DNA of 64,000 nt, from assembly GCF_006345805.1 (NCBI RefSeq), contig NC_043006.1:43772001-43836000 (forward strand). Direction: 5' to 3'. The stretch is from Octopus sinensis. Its lineage: Eukaryota. Under the pieces are notes generated by a model. That model was given only the letters and a program-made list of their open reading frames with translations, was not told where the DNA came from and ran no database searches. Position numbers and translations under genes: made by a program. Positions 14,102-28,900 of this stretch are shown here, piece after piece (position 1 is the stretch's first letter; each line of letters begins with the position of its first letter).

Positions 14102-14664
14102 TACACCTTGAGCAAGCTACTTCATTTCACGTTTCATGACCTTGCTCATCTAAAAAAAAAAAACAGTACCAGCCCTATCATCTTCTAGCTCACATTTGTG
14201 CAATGTTCCTCTAACTAAGGGGTATCTTAGACGAAACTGGTTTGGGTATCAAGAATATCTTGGCTGTGGGGCACTTCGATCACTCAGGAAGGTCCAAGTT
14301 TGCTTTTGCAATGAAGACTTTAGCATAGTAGTATCTAGGAGTTGTGACCTGGATTTGACCAGGACCCCTTACTAAGTAAGGAGTTAAGGGACTGAAAGAT
14401 GAGTACAAGGTGAAGAATTCTTCTCTAAAAATCTTCTGATGCTCAGTTCTCCCATAAGTTTCTTTCTACTAACAGAATGTCTGTGCCTGCTCACTGCTAT
14501 TACAGCCACTTAAAACAATTACCAAAATCATGGTGCTTAATATCTAGTCATGTTTGCAAGTAACAGATATACATTATACTTACATACATATATATGTATG
14601 TATATACATATGTGTGTGCATATCTACATCTATATGTAAATGTGGGTATATGTGTACATATATA

Positions 14665-14916
14665 TCATCATCATCATCATCATCATCGTTTAATGTCCGT
14701 TTTCCGCGCTAGCACGGGTTGGACGGTTCGACCGGGGTCTGGGAAGCTAGGGGCCGCTCCAGGCTCCAGTCTGATCTGGCAGAGTTTCTATGGCTGGATG
14801 CCCTTCCTAACGCCAACCACTCCGCTTTTAACGTGCCAGCGGCACGGGAGCCAGCCAAGGCGGGGCTGGCAACGTTCGGATGGTCTTACCGGCACAGAGG
14901 CCAGTCGGAGCAGCGC
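14665..14916 (-). mobile_element. Family C element (Ceph-SINE/OK-like, (GAT)n tail), young copy
   Basis: (tca)n tail, then cgtttaatgtccgttttcc...ctggatgcccttcctaacgccaaccactcc. Its CpGs are intact. Confidence 0.8.
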
Positions 14917-14923
14917 AATATAT

Positions 14924-14970
<47 letters not shown>

Positions 14971-15279
14971 AAGTGGCTATGTGTGTGTGTGTATACACAC
15001 ACATATATATATACACACATACATACACACTCAAACACACATATGCAGTGTACTTGTGTGTATGCACATATTATGCTAGCTGAGAGTGTATTTATTTGTT
15101 TATTTATGAGAGAGAAACAGACAGGAAGAGACATAAAGAAACAAACAGAAGTACATATCTCTATCTACCACACACACACACATTCACAGCCAAACTCATA
15201 TATTCAAACCCACGGTTATATTGCAACAGCAGTAACATAAAGTTAAGGGAGGTTGTTTCATCATTTATGATGACAAGGC

Positions 15280-15793
15280 ACCTCTCTAATGCTGGTGCAA
15301 CAGTGAAATACACCCAGTACACTCTGAAAATTGAGTTTGGTATTATGAAGGGCATCCAACAACAGAAGCCACACAGAAATGGTTTAGATCTGTCTTAGAA
15401 TTGCTAATTCCCAAACAAGAAGTTTGACAGCCTGCCTCAACCATACCAGAATGAAAAGCAAATGGTGCTGGTCAGCATGATGATCACATTGATGATGATG
15501 ATGACAGATAACAATAAATGTGAATATGCACAAATGTGCACTCACAATGTGATTCAGAAGACCCTTTTGAATTAAAATATTAGACTGAATTTCTATTGTT
15601 TATTTTGCTACAATTTGTTAAGGGCACTCTGGTGTCAGGAAGGCACCCTGGTGTTAGGAAGGGCATACGGCATCAGGAAGGGCATCCAGCTGTAGAAACC
15701 ATGCCAAATCAGACTGGAGTCTGGAGTAGCCCTTCAGCTTGCCAACCCTGGTCGAACCTTTCAACCTATGCCAGCATGGATAATGGACGCTAA

Positions 15794-15828
<35 letters not shown>

Positions 15829-15830
15829 CT
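15280..15830 (+). mobile_element. Two family C copies (15280-15500 decayed; 15620-15830)
   Basis: ggaagggcatccagctgtagaaaccatgccaaatcagactggag...gccagcatggataatggacgctaaatgatgatg. Confidence 0.7.
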
Positions 15831-16121
15831 TTGCTACTTTTGTTATGAATATCTTCCTTTCACTAATAGTTTTAAGTCACTAAGAAGTTATGGGCAGACA
15901 CAGGACACACAATGTGTACATAAACATATTCCTTTGTTACTGTACATTGCTTCAGGAGATACTCAAAAGGCTACAGTATCATATAAAACCAGTGGTCAAA
16001 ATTTTGTACTTTTCAAATGATCCCTGCTAAATATAAAATTAGATATATTTTGCTTCATATGTAGAGGACCACTTTTCCCAATGAATAAAATTATATTTAG
16101 CTACACAAAAATACACAGACA

Positions 16122-16186
<65 letters not shown>

Positions 16187-16475
16187 CGCGCACGTGTGTG
16201 TGTATATGATCGCATTCTAGAGTATACAAGTAAAGACACTCAGCTACAAGTGGGAATATTTTTTGACACTACCTGTAAAAGTGAAATTGATCAACACCTA
16301 TGCCCCTTTTCAAGTGTAGTGGAAAAGCACTTTACTTGAAAAAACAGATGAGGGTTAGCAACAGGAAGGGCATGAAGCCATAATAGAATAACTAATAACA
16401 TGTACTCATTACATACACATGTACCCATAAATACATATACACTACATTAGTAGTGTATATCTATTTATATATAAG

Positions 16476-16787
16476 CCTAGTATTTACTCTATCAGTCTTT
16501 TTGCCGAACTGCTAAGTTATGGAAACATAAACACACCAACATCTGTTGTCAGGCGATGGTGGGGGAACAAACACAGACACAGAGAGACACACACACACAC
16601 ACACATATGTATGTATGTATATATGACAGGCATCTTTCAGTTTCCATTTACTAAATCCACTCACAAGGCTTTGCTCAGCCCAAAGCTATAGTAGATGACA
16701 CTTGCCCAAGGTGCCACGCAGTGGGTCTGAACCCGGGACCATGTGGTTGGTAAGCAAGCTACTTACCACACAGCCACTCCAGCACCT
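16476..16787 (-). mobile_element. Family A SINE, 3'-truncated
   Basis: gacacttgcccaaggtgccacgcagtgggtctgaacccgggaccatgtgg...ttaccacacagccactcc. Confidence 0.85.
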
Positions 16788-17632
16788 ATTATATGTTATA
16801 TATGTAACATACATAATATGTATAATATAACACACACACACACATATACACAAACACACACATATACATGTATATATATATATATCTATTTACACAAATA
16901 CATATGAATATGTCCGCTATAAATGTATAAATTGTGTGTGTATATATATATATTTATATGATTAAACATAAAATACTCATTGAATCCAGCATCATTGATA
17001 ATTTCTTTCAAATAGAAAGTAAGTCCTTAGAAGCAATGATAAATTCTGCTTCTAATGTGAGGCATGTTAAAAGGGTGTCACTGCCATACAAACTGTGTCG
17101 TTCATTTCTAATATTCTGGTCATGGGGAAATATTACCTTTTTACCCTGCTTGGACCCAGGTGAAGGTTAGCAACTAGAAGGTCACCTGGCCATAGGCAAT
17201 CTGCCTAATAAAATGCCTCCCACCCATGCAAGTTAAAAAAGTGAACATTAAAATGATGACACACACATATACATACATATGTGTATACATACCATAAAAA
17301 AATGCACCATACACATAGACACTAATATTAATACATGCATGTATATGTGTACATTTTATATATATATATATATATTACACAAATACATGTAAGAGAATAT
17401 GATTTGGTACCTTATACCATGTTTTCACTAACTGTTTTAAGTTCTTATGAAGTTACATACAGACATAGACATCCTCTCAATATTACACACACACAACACA
17501 CACACACACACAATAGTACTGAGCAGTCAGAGTGAGTACTCAACAGCCATTTGGTGTGTATTTCTTCATTTGTGGACTAACAATGCTATCAATGGTTGCA
17601 TGTGGCAAGGACATATACATATATTTAATATA

Positions 17633-17671
<39 letters not shown>

Positions 17672-17882
17672 AGAGGTAACTTCAGAAACAAAGTGTAGGC
17701 TGACCAGCAAATTCCCAGATGCAAAATTTTAAACATATTTTTAAAAATACACATACATCTATACATTTTAAAAAGGATCAAAAGATCTGTATATATAAAA
17801 GTACCACATATAAATATATTAAAAAAATATAGATTAACACAATGTAAAAATTTTCGAGGTGTAAATAAAGTAAAACATATGG

Positions 17883-18102
17883 ATTATTCTTTTCTACTCT
17901 AAGCACAAGGCCCGAAATTTGGGGGAAGGGAGCCAGTTGATTAGATTGACCCCAGTATGCGGCTTATACTTAATTTATTGACCCCGAAAGGATGAAAGGC
18001 AAAGCCAGCCATGGCAGAATTTGAACTCAGAATGTAAAGACAGATGAAGTACTGCTAAGCATTTTGCCAGGCATGCTAACGTTTCTGCCAGCTTGTCACC
18101 TT
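17883..18102 (-). mobile_element. Family B SINE, full length
   Basis: Reverse complement of the 4150 unit (tttattgaccccgaaaggatgaaaggcaaa...gaatttgaactcagaatgtaa...ctgccagcttgtcacctt). Confidence 0.85.
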
Positions 18103-18627
18103 GGAACATATATGGATTATGCAAAAAGAACGCATCTAAGTCATCAAGTATAAAAAAAAAATTAGATAGTTCAAACAGCAAATAACTACATTACAATAAG
18201 AGATTAAACATTTGTTGATTGGCCTACACTTTGTTTCTGAATTTACTTTTTTATTATCATTCGTCTTGGATATTCTGAGCACTTCTCAGTTGCAGCCCAT
18301 ATATTTTGAAAGAAAGATTTGATAGCATATATATATATACACACACACACGCGCGCGCAGAGGTACAGTATGAGTGTGTAGTTAATAGGTTAGCTTCATT
18401 GGCACTGGGTTTAGAGTTCTATTACTTGACATACTGGACAATTATCTTGTACAGTTGGGCCCCAGCCCAACCAGGCTTTGTGAGTAAATTTGGCAACTGG
18501 ATACTGAGAAAAGCAGGTTGTGTGTGTGTGTGTGTAGGAGTGTATGTGTGTTTGCACTCTATTAAGAAGTCTGTGATAGGAGCAAACTTAAATGTCATTG
18601 TTGAGATGTGATGGCCTGTCTAACTAG

Positions 18628-19005
18628 CACTGGTCTAACCATTAAGCAAAATAAGCATAAAACGACCGGGGGTGGGGGTGTAGGCATCACAAAAATAGTA
18701 ACTGGTTTACAGCACAAAAGAAATCACTTTAAACTTGCTAAAATAATATTTGGGATGCCTTATCTCTACAAAGTTTAGAAGCAGATGTGTTACAGTGTTA
18801 CATAAGATAAATTTTGAGGATCTGATCAAAGACTTTGCTATTTAAAAGGAGAAGTATACAAAAATAAGCATTGTTTTCCATCTTACTGTTTCATTTTGAA
18901 AGCTAAAACTTCATTTTGTGGTTACATTTTGAATTATTTATATATAGGGGGGCACCAAAATCTTTTTAGTGCTTAGAGCCTCTATGGGTCTTAATCCGGC
19001 CCTGT
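18628..19005. mobile_element. Possible decayed hAT-type MITE
   Basis: Right end cttaatccggccctg resembles CAGGGCCGGATTAA-type termini. The left end (cactggtctaaccattaagcaaaataagca) is degenerate. Confidence 0.3.
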
Positions 19006-19565
19006 GTCCAACCCATAAAGATGGGCTGAGAGACACAGGCACACACAAACAATATGTTGATTAAACTGTTAAATACCAGTTGAAGTCCTAGCCAAATCAG
19101 TATTATCAGTGCATGCACTCACACACACAGACTTTGTAAATGCATCTAACATACATACACACATGTATATATATTCACATGTACACTTGGCTTGTGTATA
19201 ATACGCACACAAGCATTTTTACATACACGCACATATGTATACTGTGCAGGCAGTTGTATTTTTGTATTCCACATATATTATAAAAAGTTACAAATGAAAT
19301 GAAAGGAAATGTGTGTATGTGTGTGTGCATGCATGCACTTTATGTGTCCTTTATCAGATTTTACAATAACTGACTGGTAAAAGTTAAAAGGTAAGGGGCG
19401 GGGTATATAGTAACTTCATGCAATCAAGATGTCATCCTATTCTTGTCAGAGAGAATATCATTCAGAGTTAACAGCTTATTAAACAACCACCAAAGGAGAA
19501 AAACATTACTTTTTAAACATGCCAGCATGAGAAGCGGGTGTTAAATGATGATGATGATGATGATG

Positions 19566-19775
19566 TGGTGAGCTGGCAGCGTCATAAGCATGAGAGACAA
19601 AATGCTTAACGGCATTTCATCTACCTTTAAACTCCAGGTACAAATTCTGCCTTAAGTCAACTTTGCCTTTCAGGGGTCGATAAAATGGGTACCTATTGAA
19701 CATTGAGGTCAATGTTATTGACTGGCTCCCTTGCCACAAAATTTCAGGCCTTGTGACTAATAGTAGAAAGAATTA
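19566..19775 (+). mobile_element. Family B SINE, diverged
   Basis: ggtgagctggcag head, gtcaactttgcctttcaggggtcgataaaatgggtacc core, ggccttgtg..tagtagaaag tail. Confidence 0.75.
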
Positions 19776-22721
19776 TCATCATCGTCACCACCATCACTAC
19801 ACATACATACGTATTTGTACTTTGGAAATTCTAAAGTTTGCAAAACAATACCTCCTTATGGCATTGAGTGTACTCATTTGTGTGCACAAGTATGTGTTTT
19901 ATGAAATATCTATTCCCTGTACATATATTTTACATATATACATATATTTTTATACACTTAGACTAGTGCTTAAAATAGATAATGTTTACGCCGTAAACTA
20001 GTGCAAATATACACATGTACACACAAGCATGCTCTGTTTTCTGGGTATGGAAGAATGGAATAGTTCTTCGGTTTCTTTTCCTCAGTTGATTGGATCCCAA
20101 TGCATTACTGGTATTCATATAAAGAAGATACCTAAGAGCCACAAGCGAAAGAACCTCCAAGAATTCAAAATTTAAAAATAAAAAAAAACCTTTTTCTCTC
20201 ACAAGATTCAAACATTTACAAATGTAAAAGTTGAAAAATAAAATAAAATAAAACTCTCGAAAGGATCCAAATTTTCAAAATAGACGAAAACAAAATTAAC
20301 AAAATAAAAAAAAAAACCCAACTAGACTGAACTGAAGAAAGAGAATGTGAGATGGTACCAGCCTCTCTGAAAAGGTGCCAAGTTTTCACTAAGCAAAAGA
20401 AATATCAGTAGATTAATGTTTATAAGTGTGTGCTCAGACCATCTGATGACCGAACTTCAGATTTAATTACTGCTTAATTACTACTAATGAATCATCATTA
20501 GATCATGCTAGGATATTCTGTGTAACAAAAGATTCTTTCTAAGAGAAAAAAAAAATTTCTGTACTTTCAACCATGAAGAATAATTTTCAAAAAGTTATGT
20601 AATATTCATATTGTATTCTTGCATAATCCAGTTAATACCCAAAGGATTTCAAAGCCCACCACCACCACCGCAACGAATTCTACTGGAATTAATTAAGGAT
20701 TGATATTGAAAAGGGAATGATGCATTTCTTTCTGGTTTTGCTGTCACAACCATAATACAGTAATATACACATAATACACATTTATTCCTTTTCAACAGTA
20801 TAGGTAAAAAGAAATAATACTTAGAGACTTTTCATTGATATTCTGTATATAAAATGCTGTCTTACACATCAACTATTATGCACCTCACTTAATGAAGAAA
20901 GAACCGCATCTAACAATAGACCTACTACAAGCAAGATTAAAGAATATGTTACCCCTGTGAAAAGAGAATACATTCTCCTTTTTACAAAGGAAAACATTTA
21001 GAACTGTCATTAATGATTCAAAGTGAAGCTATCTAGTTGTAAATCGAACAACAATGAACAGTTAACGAGCAAAGATAGCTTCATAATAAACATTACAGTT
21101 AGAGCAGATAGTGTGAAATGGTTTATTTTTCTTCAGAGGAACACGTGTATCTATTGAGTGGAACGAAAGAAGAGAGGATGAAAGTGTTTCGAAGAGCCAA
21201 ACTGAGAGAATGTATTTTCAACTCTTTCACTGTGTGTCCTGAACAATAATAATAATAATAATAATAACAACAACAACAATAACTATCTATAATGTTAGCG
21301 GGATTTCGATTATTTTCTTTTTAGTTTCCATTTGTTTTTAATATTCTCCACTATTAATACCTTACAATGTGTCAGAAATATATAAATAAATCCTTGAATT
21401 ATCACTTGTAGAGAAAGGGAGAAAAAAATTACCAATATACCAAATATCTACTTAACAATTTTATCCAACTCTGATTATACATTATTAAATAAGAACGCAT
21501 ATGAGTATAGAATTAACCACCTTCATTAGATTACATTTAGCAGTAATAAATAAACAGTGTGAAAAAACATTGCTATCATCATCCTAATCATCTAATACCG
21601 ATTTAAGTATTTCAGTCATTTTGGTTACTGCCTTTCTTTTTTTCATAACCGTAAGTCACTTTAATGAAAGTATTAGATAATTCATAATCTCAGCTAAGGA
21701 GATTACAGAGGGAAAAAAAACGAAATTTACTTCAAAGTTTCAGATTAATTTCAACACGGTTTTAAAAAATGCATGAAGTGATTTATCATAATGCTCTTTA
21801 GTGTATACATGTATATGTTCTTATACATACACACATCTATATATATATCATTCGAAACTTAATATACTGATAGATGTATTACATGTATATAATTATGTAT
21901 TCAATCACACACACACACACACATACGTGTGTGTGCACGGAAAAAGTAGCACGGAGAGAGGGAGATAGAGATGTGCAAGTCTAACAAGACTAAAAACTAG
22001 TGAGATCAATTCAACATGCTCCGGCCACAGAGAAATAAAAACCTAACACGTATCATGTTCGCTTAATTTTTCCCATTAAGGCTATAAACTGAGTTTTTGT
22101 TTTTATATTTTGAATTACCAGAAGATAAAAAATGCTGACTAGTACATCATTAATTAATTAACTATATTCCCATTGCATGCAGTCTGATGCAAGTTAGATG
22201 AACCAGTTTAACTATATCCGAGATTGCAAACATTGTAGGTACTTTAAGTTAGCAAATCTACCCATGGGTAAGCAACGGGGATTCTTTCTCTGATGAAGGT
22301 TTAATAAGACTTGAAACTATTCTGGTCACTCACACTTTCTCTATCCACTTTGTTTACTTTTCACAGTGAGGCTAAAGTTGTATTCTTATCACAAAAGGTA
22401 CAGCTGTATTTATAGAGGTGTGTGTGTGTGCATATGTAGGTATGGTGGGGCATAAATATCAATAAAGATATACAGATAGATATACCAATCGATATATCTG
22501 CGTAAAGAGGTATATCTGCCTGTGTATTTTTGTACATATAAATATACATCTATACAAATACACATTCATATATATATCAATGTACCTACATAAACACCTA
22601 TAGTAAAACCTACAAACACAGTCATGCATACATACACACACAACACACATACATGCATCACAAACAAATATATGTATGATTATGGGTACAAACACACACA
22701 TATGTATACATAAACACATAT

Positions 22722-22752
<31 letters not shown>

Positions 22753-22789
22753 TGCATATACAACTGTTATATATAGCAAAAATAGTTCA

Positions 22790-23100
22790 CATACAAATTA
22801 CACTTTGGGACATTCCACCCCCCTCATCAGCTGTTGCTTAGAGGTTTCAACACTTGTGACAGTGTCACTCCTTCCAATGGTGCTAACCAAGACATGTCCA
22901 AATTCTTCTAGCCCTCTCTTATACATACAAACACCTCATCAAACCCAGTACAGCTCTACTTCAACTGTGCACAATTTTCCTTACTATTTGCTTAGTATAG
23001 ACTCTTTGCCCTCAGCCTTGGTCATTTTTTCACATGCCCCTACAAGATTGACACCCAGAGATGCTCTACATGACTCTCAAGTTTGTGAATCACTAGTAGA
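22790..23100 (-). mobile_element. Decayed RTE-like LINE fragment
   Basis: Minus-strand RGLEEFGHVL resembles the RLxWFGHVxR motif, and the frame has many stops. This explains the antisense plus-strand ORF. Confidence 0.35.
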
Positions 23101-23360
23101 AAACTATATACACACACACACACATATATATACATATATATATACATATACACACACACACACACATATATATATGAATATATATGCATGTACATAAGAT
23201 GTATACTCATATGTGCAGGCAAGCACAAATACATATTATATATACACACACGTGTGTGTGTACATATATATATATATATATATATGTTTGTTTATATGTT
23301 ACAAAAGCTTAGCAGGCCAAAACTTCAAAATCAGTCAATGCTATTCTTTCTTGTTATAGA

Positions 23361-23395
<35 letters not shown>

Positions 23396-23838
23396 AGAGA
23401 GAGACATATGAACATATAAGTATATATACATATACACACCTGCAATATATACTATACGTTAAATATATGGATTTATACCTATGTATGGATATATATATAT
23501 ATATATAAATATACATATAACATACACACATACATACATATTACACACACACACAAACAATATATGACATATACACATACGTATGTGTATGCATGATACG
23601 TTGTCAGGTTCTACAAAGTTGAGTGAAAAACTACCAAGTTTGACTTGTTTTAGGCATTTAGTTAGCATGTGCGTGCGTGCACACACACATACTCTCACTA
23701 ACTCACTTTCCTTTCACACCACAGTTCATAGTTAACTAAAGAGAAAGTAGAAAGTTTAACCTAGGGGTGTCATAGAGATACATTCAGCTGATTTTCCTAA
23801 CAAGACACATGGCAGTAATTGTTCACCTAACAACCCTA

Positions 23839-23881
<43 letters not shown>

Positions 23882-24919
23882 CTGTCGTTATTGATGGGAA
23901 TTTGGGGGCTTTTTTCTGGGGGTTTTTTTTCTTGGTGGGGGAGGTTGGTTATATCACCTTGGTGATGAAAATGATGCTGGTGATGGAGATGTTGGTTGTT
24001 ATAAATAACAACAATGGAAAGTAACTTAATGGGATTATTTATTGTGGGTGATCAAAGGCAGCGTGGTGGCTCTTAACGGATGACTAAGAAGTTGCAGAGT
24101 AAGTGCAGTTAGTTGTGTATGTTGGAGAGAAAGAGAGAAACAGCAGTGCAACAGTAAGATGCAACAAATAACAGGAACAGCTAAACAGAGAGCTGACAGA
24201 CAGGCGGACAGAGAGAGACAGAGACAGGGAAATGGATCTGATTAAGAAAACCCTTCGGTTACAACACACAGTGCATGATGATGAAGATGACGATGATGAT
24301 GATGAAGAAAAAGAGGGGAAGACAGAAAAAGGAAAGGAAGAATGAATGAGTGAATGAATGAGTGACTGAATGAAATAGAATCGCCACTTCAAAGGAAAAC
24401 AAAATTCCTGTGGAAACTATAAAATGTTTTCATAAAATCGAAAGACCAAGGGCTTAAGACGAGAAGAGCGAGAACAATTCAGAATATACGCGTATTTCTC
24501 CTCCACACAAGACTTTCCACAGACACTGCCTACCCTGGCTTAACATCAATTTAATATCAACATTATTTTAATATCAATAACACAAGCATACCTTCGTTGC
24601 ATCTAATGAGGAATAAGCACATTAAAGATTCTTAATATTACACAGAAAAACCCCGCTTCCCCCCTGCCAAAGAAAATTAATACACATGCTCATTGATGGT
24701 GTGACGGTATGGAGCGAAAGTGGAGGAGCGGGGTGGGTCTCTGTTAGTCAGCCCTTTTCTTTCCATAAAGGAAATTGTAAGAAGCAAAATAAAGAGGGAA
24801 CAGCAGCATGCATGTTGATTCATATGTGTTTTGGATGCAGATATTGCATATATATGCATCTATGAAAGTATGTGTACACACTGCATGTATGTGTGCATGC
24901 ATGTATGCATATATATATA

Positions 24920-24992
<73 letters not shown>

Positions 24993-25039
24993 TATATATA
25001 CCTACATACATACAAACAAACACGTACATACATAGAGAT

Positions 25040-25350
25040 ATATATAAACATACATACACATACATACATACATACATAGAGATATACATACATACACACA
25101 TACACATACATACATACATAGAGATATACATACATACATACACACATACACATACATAGAGATATACATACATACATACATAGAGATATACATACATACA
25201 CATAGAGATATACATACATACACATAGAGATATATATACATATATACATACATAGAGATATATATACATATATATATATATAGAGAGAGAGAGAGACAGA
25301 GAGACAGAGATATACATATATACATACATACATACATACATACATAGAGA
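25040..25350. repeat. Compound minisatellite of (TACA)n and tagagata units
   Basis: About 8 recurrences of catagagatata within TACA/CA runs. It is the source of four overlapping pseudo-ORFs. Confidence 0.9.
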
Positions 25351-25891
25351 GATATGTGTAAAGTTAAGCAATACAATCCACTGAAAATGAAGCTAGCAGA
25401 CGATTTTAACCTGTTGTGATTACTGTAACAGTCCTTCCCCCAGCACAACTTTCAGCATCATCATCATCACCTCTTTCATTCATTGATATGTTCCTTCTTC
25501 AAAAATATAGAAATAATAGCTATAACAGCAACAACAATAATAATTAGGAAGTAGATGTCAAATGCAAAAAAAAAAATACAAAAAATACCAAAAAACCCCG
25601 CTTTTGTAACAAACGAATAACTAGTGTAAGTTTACTTTCACTATCAACAGCAACACCTGGCTGGAAAAACTAGCCTCACTCTGTCTGTTGTCTATTTTCT
25701 CTCTTTCTATCTTTCTTTTTATGATGAATGTAAATAAGGAACCAGACGTTTCAGTGGAGATATTAAAAGATGCACAAGATGTGTGTGTGAGTGTGTGTGT
25801 ATATGTATGAGAGAGAGAGAGAGAGAGAAAGTGAAAGAAAAAACTGAAGCAAACTAAAAGTGGGGAGTTGGACACTTAAAGTTGTACTTAC

Positions 25892-25969
25892 CTCCAGCAT
25901 ACAATAGTAGTAATTTCCCACAATTTTGTAATAGTAAAATACATCCTCGTCTTCTTCATCTATCACCAT
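25892..25969 (-). CDS. Candidate first coding exon, unknown protein (MVIDEEDEDVFYYYKIVGNYYYCMLE)
   Basis: Strong Kozak context (gaccATGG), 26 open codons, a consensus donor GAG|GTAAGT in phase 0, and a CT-rich leader upstream. No homology recognised and no downstream exon found. Confidence 0.3.
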
Positions 25970-28900
25970 GGTCGTTGTTGATAGTGTTGTGCTTTAGTGT
26001 GAGTTAGCAAAAATGAGAAACAGAACCAGGTGGGGATGGAAACTGCGACACAACACAAGTTGTGCAACAAGCACAAGTGAGCGGAGGAGTGGGGAGAGAT
26101 AGAGAATGGAGGAGGGAGAGAGGGAGATGGAGAGAGGGAAAGAGAAATAGAGAGCAGGGGTGTGAGAGGAGAGGAAGCTGCTTGGATTCCAGCAGAAAGG
26201 GAGAGTAGCTGTAGCAGCAACACTGAGTGAAGGAGAGGAGGGTATTGAAAACAGTTTCGTTGTTTATGATAATCCAGTCAAATGGAGTGGCACAGACAAG
26301 AGAGCTGGGTAGGGGTAAAGTTCTAATATGCAACAGCGATTAGCTCAAACAAGTGCCCTTTGCAACAAGATTACTGATCAATGCAGCTATCATCATGTGT
26401 TACACATACATAAATAAATACACACACACACACACACACATATACACACCTACATATATATATATATATATATATATATGAGATTCAGAGAAGGGGCTTA
26501 TGATCACATTTGGTATTTCACTATTGTTTTCTGGGATGTAATAATAGGAAGCTCACTTCAGCGCAAAGTGATAGCGTTTATGTACAGAGCTAAGAAACAC
26601 TTGCAGAAGAGAATAGAAAGAAAAAATCAACAGAAAGTGAAAGGAAATTGTACATCAATGAAGTTAAGAATCGTTCACTAAAAATGTGCAGTTGAATAAT
26701 GATGCTTTGTTTTTCTTTTCTGTTGTTGTTGTTGTTGTTGTTGTTGTTGTGTGTGTTATTCGCTTCTTTCTTTTCTGTTTAGTTCCCACCATAAAACTAT
26801 TATATTACAAATATTTACACAGAAAAGTTAAATGAATGAAGCAATTTTTTTTTTCTCCCTCTTTTTACTTGATTGCTTGCTTATATACATATAATGTGTG
26901 TTTGTATATCTGCATAAGTGTTTGAGTTTGTTTTAGTCACTTCCTTATATATATATATATATATATATTTATACTAATAAATGTTTTGTTGAGAAGAGAT
27001 GAAGAGTTGAGTGATGGTCATAAGTGTGTGGTAGTTGTGAAGCAGACCATAGAAAAGTGACAAGAGTGAAAAAGGAAAAACAGAGAGAGAGAGACAGACT
27101 AACAGAAGGGGAATAGAGAGAGAGGGTGTGTGTATGAAGTAAAAGAAAAGAGAGATGGAAGAGGGGGAGAGAGAGAGATAGAAAACACTTAAAAGTACAG
27201 TACTACTCCAACTGACTCCGATTCTACAGAAGAGTTCTCCACGTTAGTAGCACTGACTTCCAGCTAGTGTATCAACAGTTACCTAACAGGTGTGGTTTGA
27301 GGACTTCCAATAAATAAAGCTTGTGCCGACTGGTGCATATCCAAACAGACATCCCATTGGTTACTAACCAACAACTAGAACTGGTTTTCCTTGACGACAA
27401 GGAAAACACAGGTGGTTGTGGCTGCTGGCTCTGAGAAGGAGGACGTTCGTGTTGCATCGAAGTTCCATTTTCTTGTGTGTTTGAAGTCAGTTATGAATCA
27501 ATATATATAAGCATTTGTATACATATACAAACAAATGCATTAGGCCGCACATATACAAATATAGATATGTTTGTGTGTTTGAATATATAAAGAGAATGTG
27601 AACAGTAGGCTCTGAACTATTATTTAAAGAAGCTGTACACCATATATTTTAATAATCTTAATGGTTCAGTTTGCATGCATGTATACATTAAACACACACG
27701 CACACACATGCACACCCCCTACACATCCAAACTCATTCAAACAAAAACCACATATACAATCACATAATGTCTATGCACGTTGTGACACCAAGCTGATTAG
27801 TATTAAATTATTTAGCTGTTAATCAATAAAGTTAGCATTTTTAACTGATTAATATTTGAAGTTAGATTCTTTTGTTCTTCGAATGTTCTTCATCAGGAGA
27901 TGATTATTTCTGGCAGGATGCCTTCCTCTCCCTTAATTGGAGCCAGAGAGGACTAAAATAAATAACAACAATAACAGCAACAACAATATCCAAAAGAGAT
28001 ACTGCTCAATTACTTAGTGTAGCTATTGTTATCAGCTGACAGCTCTACCAAAACATCTTTTTTTTTTCCTTTCACATATATACACACACAATCTTAATGA
28101 TATTGAAAAGGTGTGTCAGCAAACAGTTGGGTGAGGAGCATCTAAGGCAGAAAGGATGAGGACTGGTTCCTTATAATGGCCAACCTTCAGTCAACACCAG
28201 CTGCTGTTTCTCTAAAGACCCTTGTTATGTGGGGAGATGAGCAGTGGGTGGCAATATTTTTTAGCAGATGCAAAACTTAATTTCAATAGTGAATACAAAC
28301 AGATATAGGTGTTGGTCTGGGTGCTATCAGCTATTATAGTGATAAAGAAGAGAAAATAGAAACGATGAGGGAAAGAGAGAGAAAGTAATGTGTTCTTTCC
28401 TTTCTTTTTTAATGCTGGTTTTAAAAAAAAAACTTTTTGTGATGAAAATATTTCTGGAAGATCCTAACAGTTTTGATTACAGAGGAAGATAGCCAGTGCC
28501 AAAAGAAATGCTATATTTGCACTAAATATTGTCAAACTACACTGCTAATCACACCAATAGTGCAAAAATATAGCATTAATTTGCATCAAAAATGGAAATC
28601 ACTTTTAATAAAATTGATAGGGGAGTTGAAGCAGAGATGTTTTGAAACAGGTTTTAAAATTGTCCAGTAGAGAAGGACCACGGTGATATATTTCCTTAAT
28701 GAAATGAATGTGCAAGGGTTAAAAAGCACCTTTGCTGTACCAGAAAACTGGGATAAAAATAGAAGGCAGCTGATATTTGTAGAATAGTAGTGGGTGGTGG
28801 TGATGGTGGTGGTGGTGGTATGATCAATACCAAAAATACAAAGGCTTGATCTGCAGCAACAGAGCTGAAACTAAAAGAAAATGAAACTGAAAGGCAGCAG

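Noticed and set aside
14190-14375. 60-codon open frame ending at the palindrome ccttac-taa-gtaagg
   Set aside because: No homology is recognised, and a 6-bp palindrome is expected by chance.
22676-23197. 173-aa plus-strand ORF
   Set aside because: Both ends are CA/TA repeats and the middle is antisense to a decayed RTE-like fragment.
25963-26223. Signal-peptide-like ORF MLLLQLLSLSAGIQA
   Set aside because: The body is (CT)n-derived low complexity and the start is a non-ATG codon; it is more likely leader sequence.
27860-27900. CUGAUGA on the minus strand
   Set aside because: It is followed by GAAG rather than GAAA and has no supporting stems.
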